This document shows, piece by piece, positions 12,603 to 23,841 of a DNA stretch of 64,000 nt (position 1 is the first letter of the stretch; every line of letters starts with the position of its first letter). The stretch is taken from the NCBI RefSeq assembly GCF_006345805.1, contig NC_043018.1, positions 14,384,001-14,448,000 on the forward strand. Reading direction: 5' to 3'. Under the pieces are notes generated by a model. It was given only the letters and a program-made list of their open reading frames with translations. It had not been told where the DNA came from and did no database searches. The translations under genes and the position numbers were made by a program. The DNA comes from Octopus sinensis (lineage: Eukaryota).

Positions 12603-12645
12603 CCACCTGAAGATTGTCGATCAAGACAAGAAACGATTGTAGTGG
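12603..12645 (+). ncRNA. Minimal type I hammerhead ribozyme motif of the Penelope-associated kind
   Basis: ccac-CTGAAGA-ttgtc(gatcaa)gacaa-GAAAC-gatt-GTA-gtgg: intact core, 4-bp stem I, 5-bp stem II, minimal stem III with near-palindromic ACGATTGT, GUA cleavage triplet. Confidence 0.72.
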
Positions 12646-12732
12646 CGGTTTTTTTGACTATTTATTAAAATTTTATGTATTGATTAAGTCTTTCCTTGTT
12701 TGTTTTGCAAAATAGTGGTTTTGTCTCTAATA

Positions 12733-12780
<48 letters not shown>

Positions 12781-12813
12781 CATATATATTTTATACATAT
12801 ATATATATACATA

Positions 12814-12868
<55 letters not shown>

Positions 12869-12874
12869 TATATG

Positions 12875-12916
<42 letters not shown>

Positions 12917-12919
12917 CGT

Positions 12920-13218
12920 GGAGGCGCAATGGCCTACTGGTTAGGGCAGCGTACTCGCGGTCGTAGGATCGCGGTTTCGATTCCCAGACCGGGCGTTGTG
13001 AGTGCTTATTGAGCGAAAACACCTAAAAGCTGCACGATGCTCCGGGAGGGGGGGTGATCCCTGCTGTACTCTTTCACCACTCTTTCTTCTGTTGGCCTGC
13101 TCGCTTAGCCAGCGGGGTCGCGTCATTCGAAGGCTAAAACAATGCGAACGCATTGTGACCAGCGATGTGTAACTACATCTGACGGACTGGACGGTCACGT
13201 GATGATGATGATGATGGT
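12920..13218 (+). mobile_element. tRNA-derived SINE of a second family (paralog 37210-37508; related copy 38700-38920 on -)
   Basis: A-box tggcctactgg, B-box ggtttcgattccc, (GAT)n tail. Confidence 0.85.
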
Positions 13219-13343
13219 GATATATATATATATATATATATATTGAAATCTGGTCGATTGGAACTTCGAAGCCACAGCATCCCGGAGTCTTGTTTCAAAA
13301 GAAACAAGTACAATACGAACCGTTCAAAATCTAAGGTTTATTC

Positions 13344-13629
13344 CAGGGTTTCTCAAACGGGGTTCAAATAAGATTTTTGGGGGTCTACGGTAAATTTTCA
13401 TGGGCCATGAAAAAATGCTTGAGACCAGTAAGGCTTTTGTGCAATGAATTGGTTTATACGTCCAGAATACAAAAAATATTTTAATAATTTTTACACGAGT
13501 CCTAATAATATTTAATTATAAAATTACAGTAAGATTTTTAAAACGTGGAACGGCTACGGAGACCCCCCACCCGCCCAAGTAAAATAGGAATGAAAGGGGT
13601 TCATAGATAAAAAGTGATGAGAACCCTTG
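13344..13629. mobile_element. hAT-type MITE (paralog 37652-37937)
   Basis: TIRs cagggtttctca / tgagaacccttg; 8-bp target duplication gtttattc / ttttattc. Confidence 0.7.
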
Positions 13630-13942
13630 TTTTATTCATAGAAGCAAAGGAAAAAAAATGATAAGGGACCACTGAATGATTTCGAAGGATTTACTTCATA
13701 AAATTTATATCATCTTGTAAACTGATTTATTGAGAACATATGACATGAAAAGGTTAACCCTTTTGTCACGAGATTTCTGTAGAAAAACATGGTTTTTATT
13801 TCGTTTAATTTTGAAAATGATTAATAATTTAGTGAAATAACTGTCTTGGAATGTTTTCAGTGACCAAGGACCATCATGAACTCTCAACTGATATCTGCAA
13901 CATGAACTAGCATAAAACTTTGATGGAAAATTTTAATTAAGA

Positions 13943-14196
13943 CTATCAGTATCCCCCGGCGTTGCTCGGGTTTGTAAGGGAAATAACTATATAAGCATGT
14001 TTAGAGAGTCACTTCCCTTATATAATAGCAAAACAATGCACTAAAAATGGGAAAAAAATTATGGTAAATTTTCTTTTTAGATCGTAGACTCATCGTAGAC
14101 GCGCGCTAATACCCAGAAGGGCTCGATATGAATCACGACTATAAGATACCCGCTTTTGGTTAAACTGCACCGCAAAATGTGGGAGTAGTTAGGAAT
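13943..14196 (-). mobile_element. Short non-autonomous Helitron, 5'-truncated by a deletion
   Basis: Same family as 38249-38542 and 43239-43633; fused to a LINE at an aat microhomology. Confidence 0.75.
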
Positions 14197-15360
14197 TTTC
14201 TGTATATTATATGTGTTTCTAAGTCCTGGTGTATTTGTTATGCATTTGCCTGAATATTTTTTATCATGCCTAATGCACCTACTATGATAGGAATTGTTTC
14301 TGTTTTTAGATTCCACATTCTGGTTACCTATATTTCCAGGTCTTTGTATTTTGAAAGTTTTTCCATTTCTTTTAGAGACACGTTGTCGCCTCCTCGTATT
14401 GATACATCAATTAGAAAGCATTTTCTTTTTCTTCATGATCTCTGACAACTATATCTAGTCTGTTGGCCTTAATTTCTCTATCTGTGTGTATTGGCATATC
14501 CCAGAGTATGGTTGCTTTCTCGTTTTCTCTGACCTTTTCTGGTGTGTGCCTATACCATCTTTTTTCTGTTGTTATTCCATAATGTTGGCATAGCTTCCAG
14601 TGTATGTAGGTCCCAACTCTGTCGTGTCTGTGAATATATTCCTTCTTAGCCAGGACTGGGCAGCCAGATATAATATGATTTATTGTTTCTTGTCCATCTC
14701 CACATATTCTGCAGTTACTTGTTATATGTCTTTTCTGGTGGGGAGGCTTTGGTCTTGTGCTGATATTAAAAATCCCTGTCTCTGCTTTGAGTTCTGAGCT
14801 TCTCAACCATTGCTGGGATATTTCTTTGTCTATTTCTTTTGCGTTTAGTTTAGTCCAGTATTTACAATGAAGGGGTTTTTTCTTGCCATCGTTTTGTCAT
14901 GGTTCGTTGATGTCCTATTTTTAGTTTGGATTTCATTTGTTTTATAGTTTTGTTGTTTCTTCTTCTTCTTCTTCTTCTTCTTCTTCTTCTTCGTTAGGTG
15001 GTATAATTTTTTTTTGTACTTGTAAGCTACCTGAAATACTGAGAACAGTTTTTTGTTTTGCTCGTGTTTTGCCGCTATTTGTATCAGCTTTCCTTCCTTC
15101 TGAAGTAGATATTTTTGCAGTCCTATGGTGGTTATTTTATAGTAGTTTTCCAGCTGTATAAGGCCTCTACCACCTTCTATACGTTGTATATATTGTATAT
15201 ATAGCCTTTCTATGTCAGATTTTGGATGATGCATCCGAGATCCTGTCATTATTTTTCTTGTTTTCCTATTCATTTTGGTCAGTTCATTTAGTGTCCAGTT
15301 AAGGATATTGTAGCTGTAAATTATAACTGGGACGGCTAAAGTGTTAATACCTATTAAATT
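14196..15360 (-). mobile_element. Dong/R4-like non-LTR retrotransposon fragment (RT end, CCHC knuckle, RLE)
   Basis: HPKSDIERLY..., CRICGDGQETINHIISGC, DIVVRD; abuts (ATT)n. Confidence 0.9.
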
Positions 15361-15361
15361 G

Positions 15362-15465
<104 letters not shown>

Positions 15466-15949
15466 GGATTATTATTATTATTATTATTATTATTGTTATT
15501 GTTATTATTTTTTCCACACAGAATCATTTTTCTCTTCAGAATGTCGAAGGTAGTACTAGCCTACATTGTTTACAGGTAGCGTTACTAACTCATAGCGACC
15601 TGACAGAAATCCTACAAAAGGATTTATATTAATTTTTGCACACTGTGATGTTCAGTTCTGTGTTAGAGTCCCAGTTTTATCGAACAGTGTTGCTTCAGAA
15701 TCTATTTTCAATAGAATTTATATATTTTTCACTGTGTGTAGTTCAGTTCCTTTCCGACATTCTTACGAGCGTTCGTAACCTTGTTACCACTGTTATTACA
15801 ACACCGTTATACAGCGGGAGATATTCTCGTCGCCACTGATATGTCCTACATTATGACAACGTATTCCGCCGCCTGCGTGACTGGCCCGTACGGCGTACCT
15901 CGCCGACTGACACTGCTTGCTGTGTCTGTCCACCATTTATCAGTAGTGG

Positions 15950-16990
15950 AACAGCCCACTTCTCACTTGGAGGTGTCCGCCACAACATGTATATACAATG
16001 AACTATCAACGAAAACTCATAGACACACGCGACATAATAATCCAACTGTTTCTTCCAATCCTTTACAACACACTCGATCATAAAAGCAAAACAACAGATA
16101 TAGGAATCAAGATGTCTTCTGTTTGCATGTTTCAACCAAGATCGCTGGAAAACTTTTGCTGCTTTGGACAAAGGTTTTCCTAAATCTAATCGGTATCATG
16201 CTATTTTTAATAGGCTTACCGTGAAGGTCTCCTACGGTAACTCTGCTAATTTTGAGTATATTATGCATCGTATGAACAGCAAAATGCGACGAATGTTCAA
16301 TAACCCAACTACTGGATCTAGCGAGCATACGCATCTGAATTCTAACAAAGGAGATCTAAACCGCAATGAAAAACACACCAGTTATAGTCAATGGTAGAAA
16401 CACTTATGATAGAGCTAACACGGTAACAACGTCGATAAATGGAGTCGGGACTGCCTTATATACAATTAAAAATGCGATAAATGCTCATGCAGAGAAAAAT
16501 CAAAATGTCCATTGATGAAACTTTGTATGAGTACAAATCTTGTATATAAATGTACCATGCTTACAAGGAGATGGCCGCATGTTTACATTGAGCAGACGGC
16601 TGCTTCATTTATCGTAATCTTGTTGCCATCTTTAAGACAATCAATAAGACATCCTATATATTTGGCTGATTTTGTATGGCGACTGAAGGAGGATAAAATG
16701 AAGTACAGCATATGCTGGTCCATAGTAAGGTACGCGAAACCATACAATATAATTTCCAGAAGATGCCGTCTCTGCTCCTACAAATCTCTGTCTAATTTGT
16801 GGACTAATGACAAGACAATTAACAGACTTTCTGAAATACTCTCGAGATGCCTAGACGCATATGAATGTATTTTCGCAGAATGCAGGGGGAATGAACTTTG
16901 AGTAACTGCTAACAGAATTTATTTTAAGGTATAGATGACTTAAGTTTACTTTTAACATCTCCATTCTTACAAACACAAAGTAGATAGTTA
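15950..16990 (+). mobile_element. Penelope-like element 3' relic with GIY-YIG endonuclease (truncated paralog 47130-47870)
   Basis: FPKSNRYHAIFNRLTVKVSY; LVYKC...VYIEQT...WSIVRYAKPY...RCRLC are typical PLE C-terminal motifs; frameshifted. Confidence 0.8.
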
Positions 16991-18049
16991 ACTCGCTTTG
17001 TAATCATGAGCGCACCAAACCTCACGTGTACGTATGCTCACATTTCCGCGGATGCTTGTATGATCGAGTGTACTCGCACCACGCAGCTTGTCCGAGGACG
17101 TTAATACATCCATATATGTTAACGGTTATTTCTAATAATTTCCTCGCTGTATTGCCTGTTCATTTCTCTTTTTTTTTATCTGTAATTTCATTTTTCAACT
17201 TCTATGTAAATGAAGATATTTCCTCCACCTATACATATGTATGTATAGGTATAACAGAAAGAAATGTAATTCCACGCAGGAAAATATATAGGAAGATTTC
17301 ATTTCGGGTTTGAAAAGGCACATGCATCTGAAAACTTGTGGTCGTTTTCAAATTTCGTATTAGATTTATCGAAATATCAAACTGTTTTCCACAATTTTTT
17401 GCTCATCAATTGTACCAATAAATATACAAAATGTTTAGTAGAGTTTAAAGTTAGAAAGTAAAATTCGGAAAAACACGTTTCAACGAACAAATTTTCAAAT
17501 ATTCGCAAAAGTCTCAATGTGGTACACAAGCGATGATATTCGGTGAAGATCCTAAAAATGCACATTATTTAAACTTCAGTCATATTGAGTTTATATTTTT
17601 AAAATATGTTGGGAAGGAAGTGAAAAAAATGGAGGGAGAAAAAAATGGTTGGTTAATGTTGACATTTTTACCCGGAAATTAAATCGAAACAAAAATCGTG
17701 CAACTTATGTAAAAAAAAAGGCTTAGGAAACGAATATGAATCCCAAAATGCCCGGAAAGCAACGTTGGTGGGCAGAGGCCTCCGGAAAATCCCCAAAATC
17801 CGATGTTTTTCCCTCATAACGTTTTAGAAAGTGGGGTTTTTGAATGAAATTTTATACCTTTCAAACGGTATAGATTACGATTATAAAGAAATTTGTGAGG
17901 GTGGAAAGAGAAATTTGGAAAATTCACAAGATCCGATGTTTTTCCCTCGTAACTTTGAGGAAGATATAATCCTTTTAGAATCACAAATTATGCTTTTTTT
18001 CGCTAACTTAAATGCTAAACATCCCTTTGAAGGGTTCGGGGCCTTACGT

Positions 18050-18820
18050 CAACGGCACTGACAGCCTATGGAAGAAGTTTAAGGACAATAGAAATCAGGA
18101 GAGGCATCTTCCAAGGGGACTGCCTGTCCCCACTGATCTTTGTACTGTGCATGATACCACTAATACTGATTCTGAGGAAAGCGAAGGCTGGGTATGTATT
18201 CAAAAGCCGCCAACAAAATCTCAACCACTTGTTATTCATGGATGACCTCAAACTTTATGGTAAAAATGAATCCCAAGTCAGTTCCGTCGTTGATACGATG
18301 TATAGTTTCAGTGCTGATATCAGAATGGAGTTTGGTCTGAGAAAGTATGGTGTGTTAGTCTTGAAGAGAGGCAAAATCAAATGTATGGACGTGCTAGCGA
18401 TACCGTTGAGGGACGTTATGAAACAGATAGAAAAGACGGACTATACGTACTTGGGGACATTGGAAATGGATAAATTGATGGAGAAAGAAATGACAGAAAA
18501 ACATAAGGTGGAGTACTTGTGCAGACTGAGACTGATCCTTAAGTCGAAATTAAACGGACGGAATAAGATTGAATCTATCAAACAACTGGGCGGTTTCATT
18601 CCTGAGATGTGGAGCAGAGGTAATCGCATGGAGAGTAGACGAACTAAACAGCATAGACAGAGAGAGATAAGGAAGTTGATGACTAGATATGGGATACTCC
18701 ACCCAAAGAGCGACACAGACAGACTGCATGTATCAAGAAAAAGAAAGAGGGGGGAAGAGGGCTTATTGGATGCAAACACAGCATTAGGGCAGAAGAACAC
18801 AACATTGCATAGTATGTAAA
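18050..18820 (+). mobile_element. R2/R4-type reverse transcriptase fragment (different subfamily)
   Basis: RGIFQGD-like segment, NHLLFMDDLKLYGKNE, FGLRK, YTYLG, HPKSDTDRL. Confidence 0.88.
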
Positions 18821-18829
18821 AAGGTTGCC

Positions 18830-21190
18830 CTCAGTAGCTGCCCAACCTCCTCTGCTGAAGGTAGGTGGAATTATATCGGGGAAGCTTTGTATACCACATC
18901 AATAGATACTTTCGGCATGAGAGAAAGGCAAAACCCAGATTGGTTCAATGCTGGGCTCTGAGAGCTGGAGCCAGTTATCGAAGAAAAGCGTGCAGCTCTG
19001 ATGCAATACAAGAGTGATTCTTCTACAAAGTCACTCGAAGAACTCAGAAAGGCAAGAAATAAAACCCAACTGACAGCCAGACGCTGTGCAAATAGGTATT
19101 GGCAGGAAATCTGTCAGAGTATCCAGTCAGCTGCTGACAGGGGCGACACCCGTGGGATGTATGCCGGTTTGAAGAATGCCCTCGGTCCATCCGCAACCAA
19201 GTCGGCCCCTCTGAAATCAACTACTGGAGATCTCATCAGGGATCAAAGCAATCAAATGGATAGATGGGTGGAGCACTACCAGGATCTCTACTCACGGGAG
19301 ACTACAGTAGCTGAGGCTGCAATCGAGAGTGTCAAGATCTTGCCAGTCATGTGCGAACTTGACAGTCCGTCATCTATAGCAGAGCTCACCAAGGCTATTG
19401 ACTCCCTAGCAAGTAACAAGGCTCCGGGAAAAGATGGCATCCCCTCAGAGATCATCAAAGCCGGCAAAAACACCATCCTGCTTCGGCACGTTCATGATCT
19501 ACTGTGTCTGTGCTGGGAAGAGGATACAGTCCCTCAGGATATGCGGGATGCTAACATCATTACGCTCTACAAAAACAAAGGTGACCGTGGTGATTGTAAC
19601 AATTACCGTGGAATATCTCTTCTAAGCACTGTTGGAAAGACCTTTGCTCGCGTTATCCTGGCCAGGCTACAACTACTTGCTTCTCGAATCTATCCGGAAT
19701 CGCAGTGTGGCTTTAGAAGAAGCAGATGAACTATTGATATGATATTCTCCATACGCCAACTTCAGGAGAAGTCCAGAGAGCAGAAAATGCCACTATATGT
19801 GACCTTCATTAATCTAACAAAGGCCTTTGACTCGGTAAGTAGAAAAGGCCTCTTCATCCTACTCCAAAAATTCGGATGTCCACCAAAGCTGCTGAGGATC
19901 ATCAAGTCTTTCCATGATGATATGCAAGGCACTATACAGCACAATGGTTCAACACCAGCCGCCTTCCAAATAAAAAACGGGGTAAAGCAAGGTTGTGTCC
20001 TCGCTCCTACATTATTTGGCATTTTCTTCTCGCTCTTGCTCTCCCATGCCTTTCAGACATCAGATGATGGAGTGTTTCTGCACTGTAGAAGTGACGGGAA
20101 ACAGTTCAATCTCTCGCGCCTGCGTGCCAAGACCAAAATCAGAAACGTCCTGATCAAGGAGATGCTATTTGCTGATGATGCCGCTCTGGTATCACACACA
20201 GAAGAAGCCCTTCAAAGGCTCATTAACTGTTTTGAACAAGCATGTAACGACTTTGACTTAGCTATCAGCCTTAAGAAGACCAACATCATGGGTCAGGCTA
20301 CATCGGACATCCCAAACATACATATTGGAGACCACAGATTACAGGAGGTGGAGAAGTTTACCTATCTTGGCTCTACCGTCACCTACAACCTATCCCTTGA
20401 CGCTGAGCTCAATATACGCATTGGCAAGGCAGCTGCTGCGATGGCCCAACTCTCCAAACGGGCATGGGACAACAATCAGCTGACCAAGACCACGAAAATT
20501 AAGATCTACAAGGCATGTGTACTTAGCACTCTACTGTATGGAAGTGAGACTTGGACGCTATACACACGCCAAGAGCGTCGCCTAAACATCTTTCACCTGC
20601 GCTGCCTCCGGAAAAACCTCCGCATCAAATGGCAGAATCCTATCCCCAACAAAGATGTCCTCAGGCAAGCAGGAATACCAAGCATGTTTGCACTCCTCAC
20701 ACAAAGACGTATGAGATGGCTTGGGCATGTAAGCCGTATGAAAGATGGCAGAATCCCCAAGGACATACTCTGCGGAGAGCTTGCTAGGGGCACTAGTTCT
20801 GTGGGTAGACCGTTCTTACGTTACAAGGATGTTTGCAAAAGGGACATGAAGGCCTGCAACATCAATATTAACAGTTGGGAAGCAATTGCCAGCAACCTTG
20901 CAGATTAGCGACGTACCGTAAAAGAGGGAATACAGAGGAGTGACAGAGAGAGAGAGGAGAAATGGAAAGACAAGAAAAGACGTCAACAAGAAACTATGAC
21001 ACTACAACCAGCCAGGAACAGTCTTCGCTATATTTGCGGCACCTGCCAGAGGGAGTGTTTGTCCAGGATAGGACTACACAGCCACGGCAGGAAATGTATC
21101 AGGACACGAAATGTAAAAGCCGGACTGGACTATTTTATGCGCAACTCCATTGTCTCCCGAGACAAAAAGGATGCCAACCAACCATATATA
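18830..21190 (+). mobile_element. RTE-clade LINE, 5'-truncated, one reading frame with two nonsense codons
   Basis: KAPGKDGIP, YRGISLLS, PESQCGFR, GVKQGCVLAPTLF, LFADD, FTYLGS, LRWLGHV; C-terminal CxxC...H finger; RTE-type 3' end. ORFs 19001, 19739 and 20996 share one frame. Confidence 0.93.
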
Positions 21191-21229
21191 TATATAGAAG
21201 TATAGATTAGTAGATTAATTATTTAGATT

Positions 21230-22998
21230 TAACTTAATATTTACCTCTATTTTCTATTGTAGTATGATTATAGACATTTATATATGTATTCATTATATGA
21301 TATATGTGGTTGTGTGTGTATGTATATATGTGTATATGGTGATGTGTGTGTATGTATATGTATACGTATATACATTTATTTATGTGTATGTGTGTGGGTG
21401 TGTATATATAGGTGTAAGTGTATATATTGAGTATTGTACGTATGTACCTGTATGTATATGAGTGTGAAGATGTGTATGCGTGTATGTGTGTGTATATATG
21501 TGTGTATATATGTATATGTATGTATGTGTGTATGTATGTGTGTATTTGTATGTATATGTATATGTATATATACATATACATATATGTATATATATGTATA
21601 TATATATATATGTATGTATATTTTTTTATATATTTATGTATACGTATGTATAGTTATACTACAAATTTTGATAAGTATTTATAGTTTTGGTTATGATCAC
21701 TAATTTTAGCTTATAATTATAAAGGCATGGGAAAGACTTTATAGTATTTTGAGGGGTTACGATATAAATAAATTTTTATATATTTATTAATCTCATAAGA
21801 TTTTTAGAATATATTTAATAATTAGTGGTTTTTAATCATTTAAAACATTTAACTCATTTTGTATTAAGTTTCATTTATCATAGTTATTTTATTAAATAAT
21901 ATTATAGTATAGAGAGATTTTATTCTTTATTTGTGACTTCATTCTATTTACAATGATAAACAAATATTTTCCCATTCACAATCATTAATAAAACGTAGGT
22001 TCCTCACCCGTATTGAATTCTTCAACAATTTATTCTTTTTTTTTGCTAATAACGTAATTACGAGAGTATTCTAATAAACGCTGTAAAGACGTTTTCCGAT
22101 TCAAAATTTTAGTTCATTGCTAAACCTCGCTAAGATAAGTATGTATTTATTTAAGATCTTCAAATTGTAAATTTTAATATTGTATAAGTCTTTGGAGTAA
22201 TAATATTCCCCTTATGTAAATATCGTTGTTTTAACTTAGTTATTTCTTTAAATAGATATTCGCTAGTTATTCCCATTGATAATTATATTTATAGTATTTA
22301 TAGTATTTATTCGATACTATATTACTACGAATGAATTATTTCTAAAAGTATTTTACATAAGATTTCCGAAAATTCGTTTAAGTTTGTTTATTTATATTTT
22401 GAAATTAGCTATTTCATCTTTAAATATGAAAAATTAAATTTATTAGGTTTTTATTATATGTGCATATACATTTATTTATAGAGATTATTTTAGATCTTAA
22501 TTATAATATTTATATACATTTATATATTTTCATTGATAATTTTTATATATTAGTCATTTTTAAATATTTATGTAATTAGATATAGACTAATACCGAAATT
22601 AGATTATGGGTGGGTTTCCTTATAAATTATAAATTAATATTTAATATTAATTATAGTCGATTTTGATATAATCATAATTGTTAAGTTCTATGTTTCTAGT
22701 TTGATAATAGAGTTTATTATAAGTAAAATTATTATATTATTTATATCTTAAAAATATTGTTTAAATATTTCTGATTATATTTTAGATATTTCAATCACCT
22801 GAAGATTGACTGTAACCATAACTCGAATTATTACGAATTGGACAGACATGAAACGATCGTAGTGTTTTAATCATTATCTTTTATTAATCTTTTAATACTT
22901 TTGATATATATTTAAAATAATTTAAATTAATTAATTTCTGTATTGGCTTAAGTTTTTCATTGTTTGATTTGCCTAAAAGTGGTTTTATCTCTAATTTA

Positions 22999-23040
<42 letters not shown>
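21230..23040. other. Microsatellite plus extremely AT-rich degenerate tract ending in a Penelope pLTR-like segment
   Basis: 22795-22995 is homologous to the 12572-12742 palindrome arm (cacctgaagattg, gaaacgat, agtggtttt.tctctaa). Confidence 0.5.
22796..22864 (+). ncRNA. Hammerhead ribozyme motif with extended stem II
   Basis: cac-CTGAAGA...GAAAC-gatc-GTA-gtg; perfect palindromic stem III ACGATCGT; imperfect stem II. Confidence 0.55.
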
Positions 23041-23043
<3 letters not shown>

Positions 23044-23297
23044 GTGTGAGTGTATGTATGTGTGGGTTTTCAATATTTGACATTTTTCTACAATATTGCA
23101 AGAAAATGTACGAGACTTCGTGGTCGTCCAACTTTCAAGGAATTACAGAAAAATCCTCATCAAACCAAGTGCAACACGGGATGTTGCGTGGCAGCTGCAA
23201 AAAAGGTCGTTGGCCATCCTCTGCAGCTACGTCATCTCACCCATCACCGCGGGATGCGACTGAGCACATGATTATTTCTGGGGTATATGGCCCATCG

Positions 23298-23344
<47 letters not shown>

Positions 23345-23349
<5 letters not shown>

Positions 23350-23680
23350 ACAATAATATTGTGTGACATTGCAATGTAAAATCTTAACATCCATATACAT
23401 AATTTAAAGGCCAATATCACAGCGAAGAACGAAGCACTGAGATTTTCTTACCGTTTCAATAGCTTAAAAACAAATAGCACAGCGAATAACGAAACACCAA
23501 GGACTTGCGATGCTTTAATATTTTTATTTCATTGGAATTTCATTAAAATTTGACGGATTAATAGCATAAATATATTAGATATTAAATACATTCGTCGTAT
23601 TAAGTTGGGTTTGTAAGAAAAGTCACAGTTGTAAGTTATGGTTTGCAGATTTTCTCTTCTTTTACCATTTTCAGTTCTTC
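23345..23680 (-). other. G2 3' UTR or flank, homologous to 54935-55260
   Basis: Shared aagaactga.aatggtaaaagaagagaaaatctgcaaacc...cagtgcttcgttcttcgctgtgat; AATAAA at 23523-23528 (-). Confidence 0.8.
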
Positions 23681-23705
23681 GTATTAATACATTCGTCGTA
23701 TTAAT

Positions 23706-23841
23706 TTAGGCCTTATATTTAACACACGAGCAATAATCTCTGGTTCGTATACACTCGTAACCGGGGCAGCATACACACCTTTTATTTGCTCCTTGACCCG
23801 CACATCCTCTTTTTAAACATGCACTTCTCTTAATCCTTGCA
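23706..23841 (-). CDS. G2 terminal exon: tail-less 8-Cys peptide
   Basis: Same acceptor and phase as G1; (x)ARIKR|SACLKRGCAGQGANKRCVCCPGYECIRTRDYCSCVKYKA*. RIKR is a furin consensus. Absent from the ORF track. Confidence 0.85.

Larger units (their letters stand above)
12400..12742. repeat. Perfect inverted repeat with 171-bp arms and a 1-nt spacer (12571), inside (TA)n
   Basis: 12400-12570 is the exact reverse complement of 12572-12742; absent from the paralogous site near 36910-37200. Confidence 0.97.

Noticed and set aside
12920-12995. tRNA-like sequence
   Set aside because: SINE head: continues into the SINE body and tail and lacks a clean cloverleaf.
15184-15201. Tandem ttgtatata read as an excision footprint of a 9-bp-TSD transposon
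   Set aside because: The insertion in copy 2 has Helitron ends (TC...CTAG at A|T), and Helitrons make no TSD; a pre-existing tandem is the simpler explanation.
17057-17085. Possible hammerhead at the 3' end of the Penelope relic (tgat-cgag-tgta-ctcg)
   Set aside because: The CUGANGA and GAAA core boxes are mutated.
17798-17953. 23-bp direct repeat atccgatgtttttccctc.taac occurring twice
   Set aside because: Probably subterminal repeats of an unidentified DNA element; no TIR or TSD could be defined.
23046-23366. GC-richer island with short ORFs (CNTGCC motif)
   Set aside because: No splice signals, Cys framework or paralog support; starts and ends in microsatellites.
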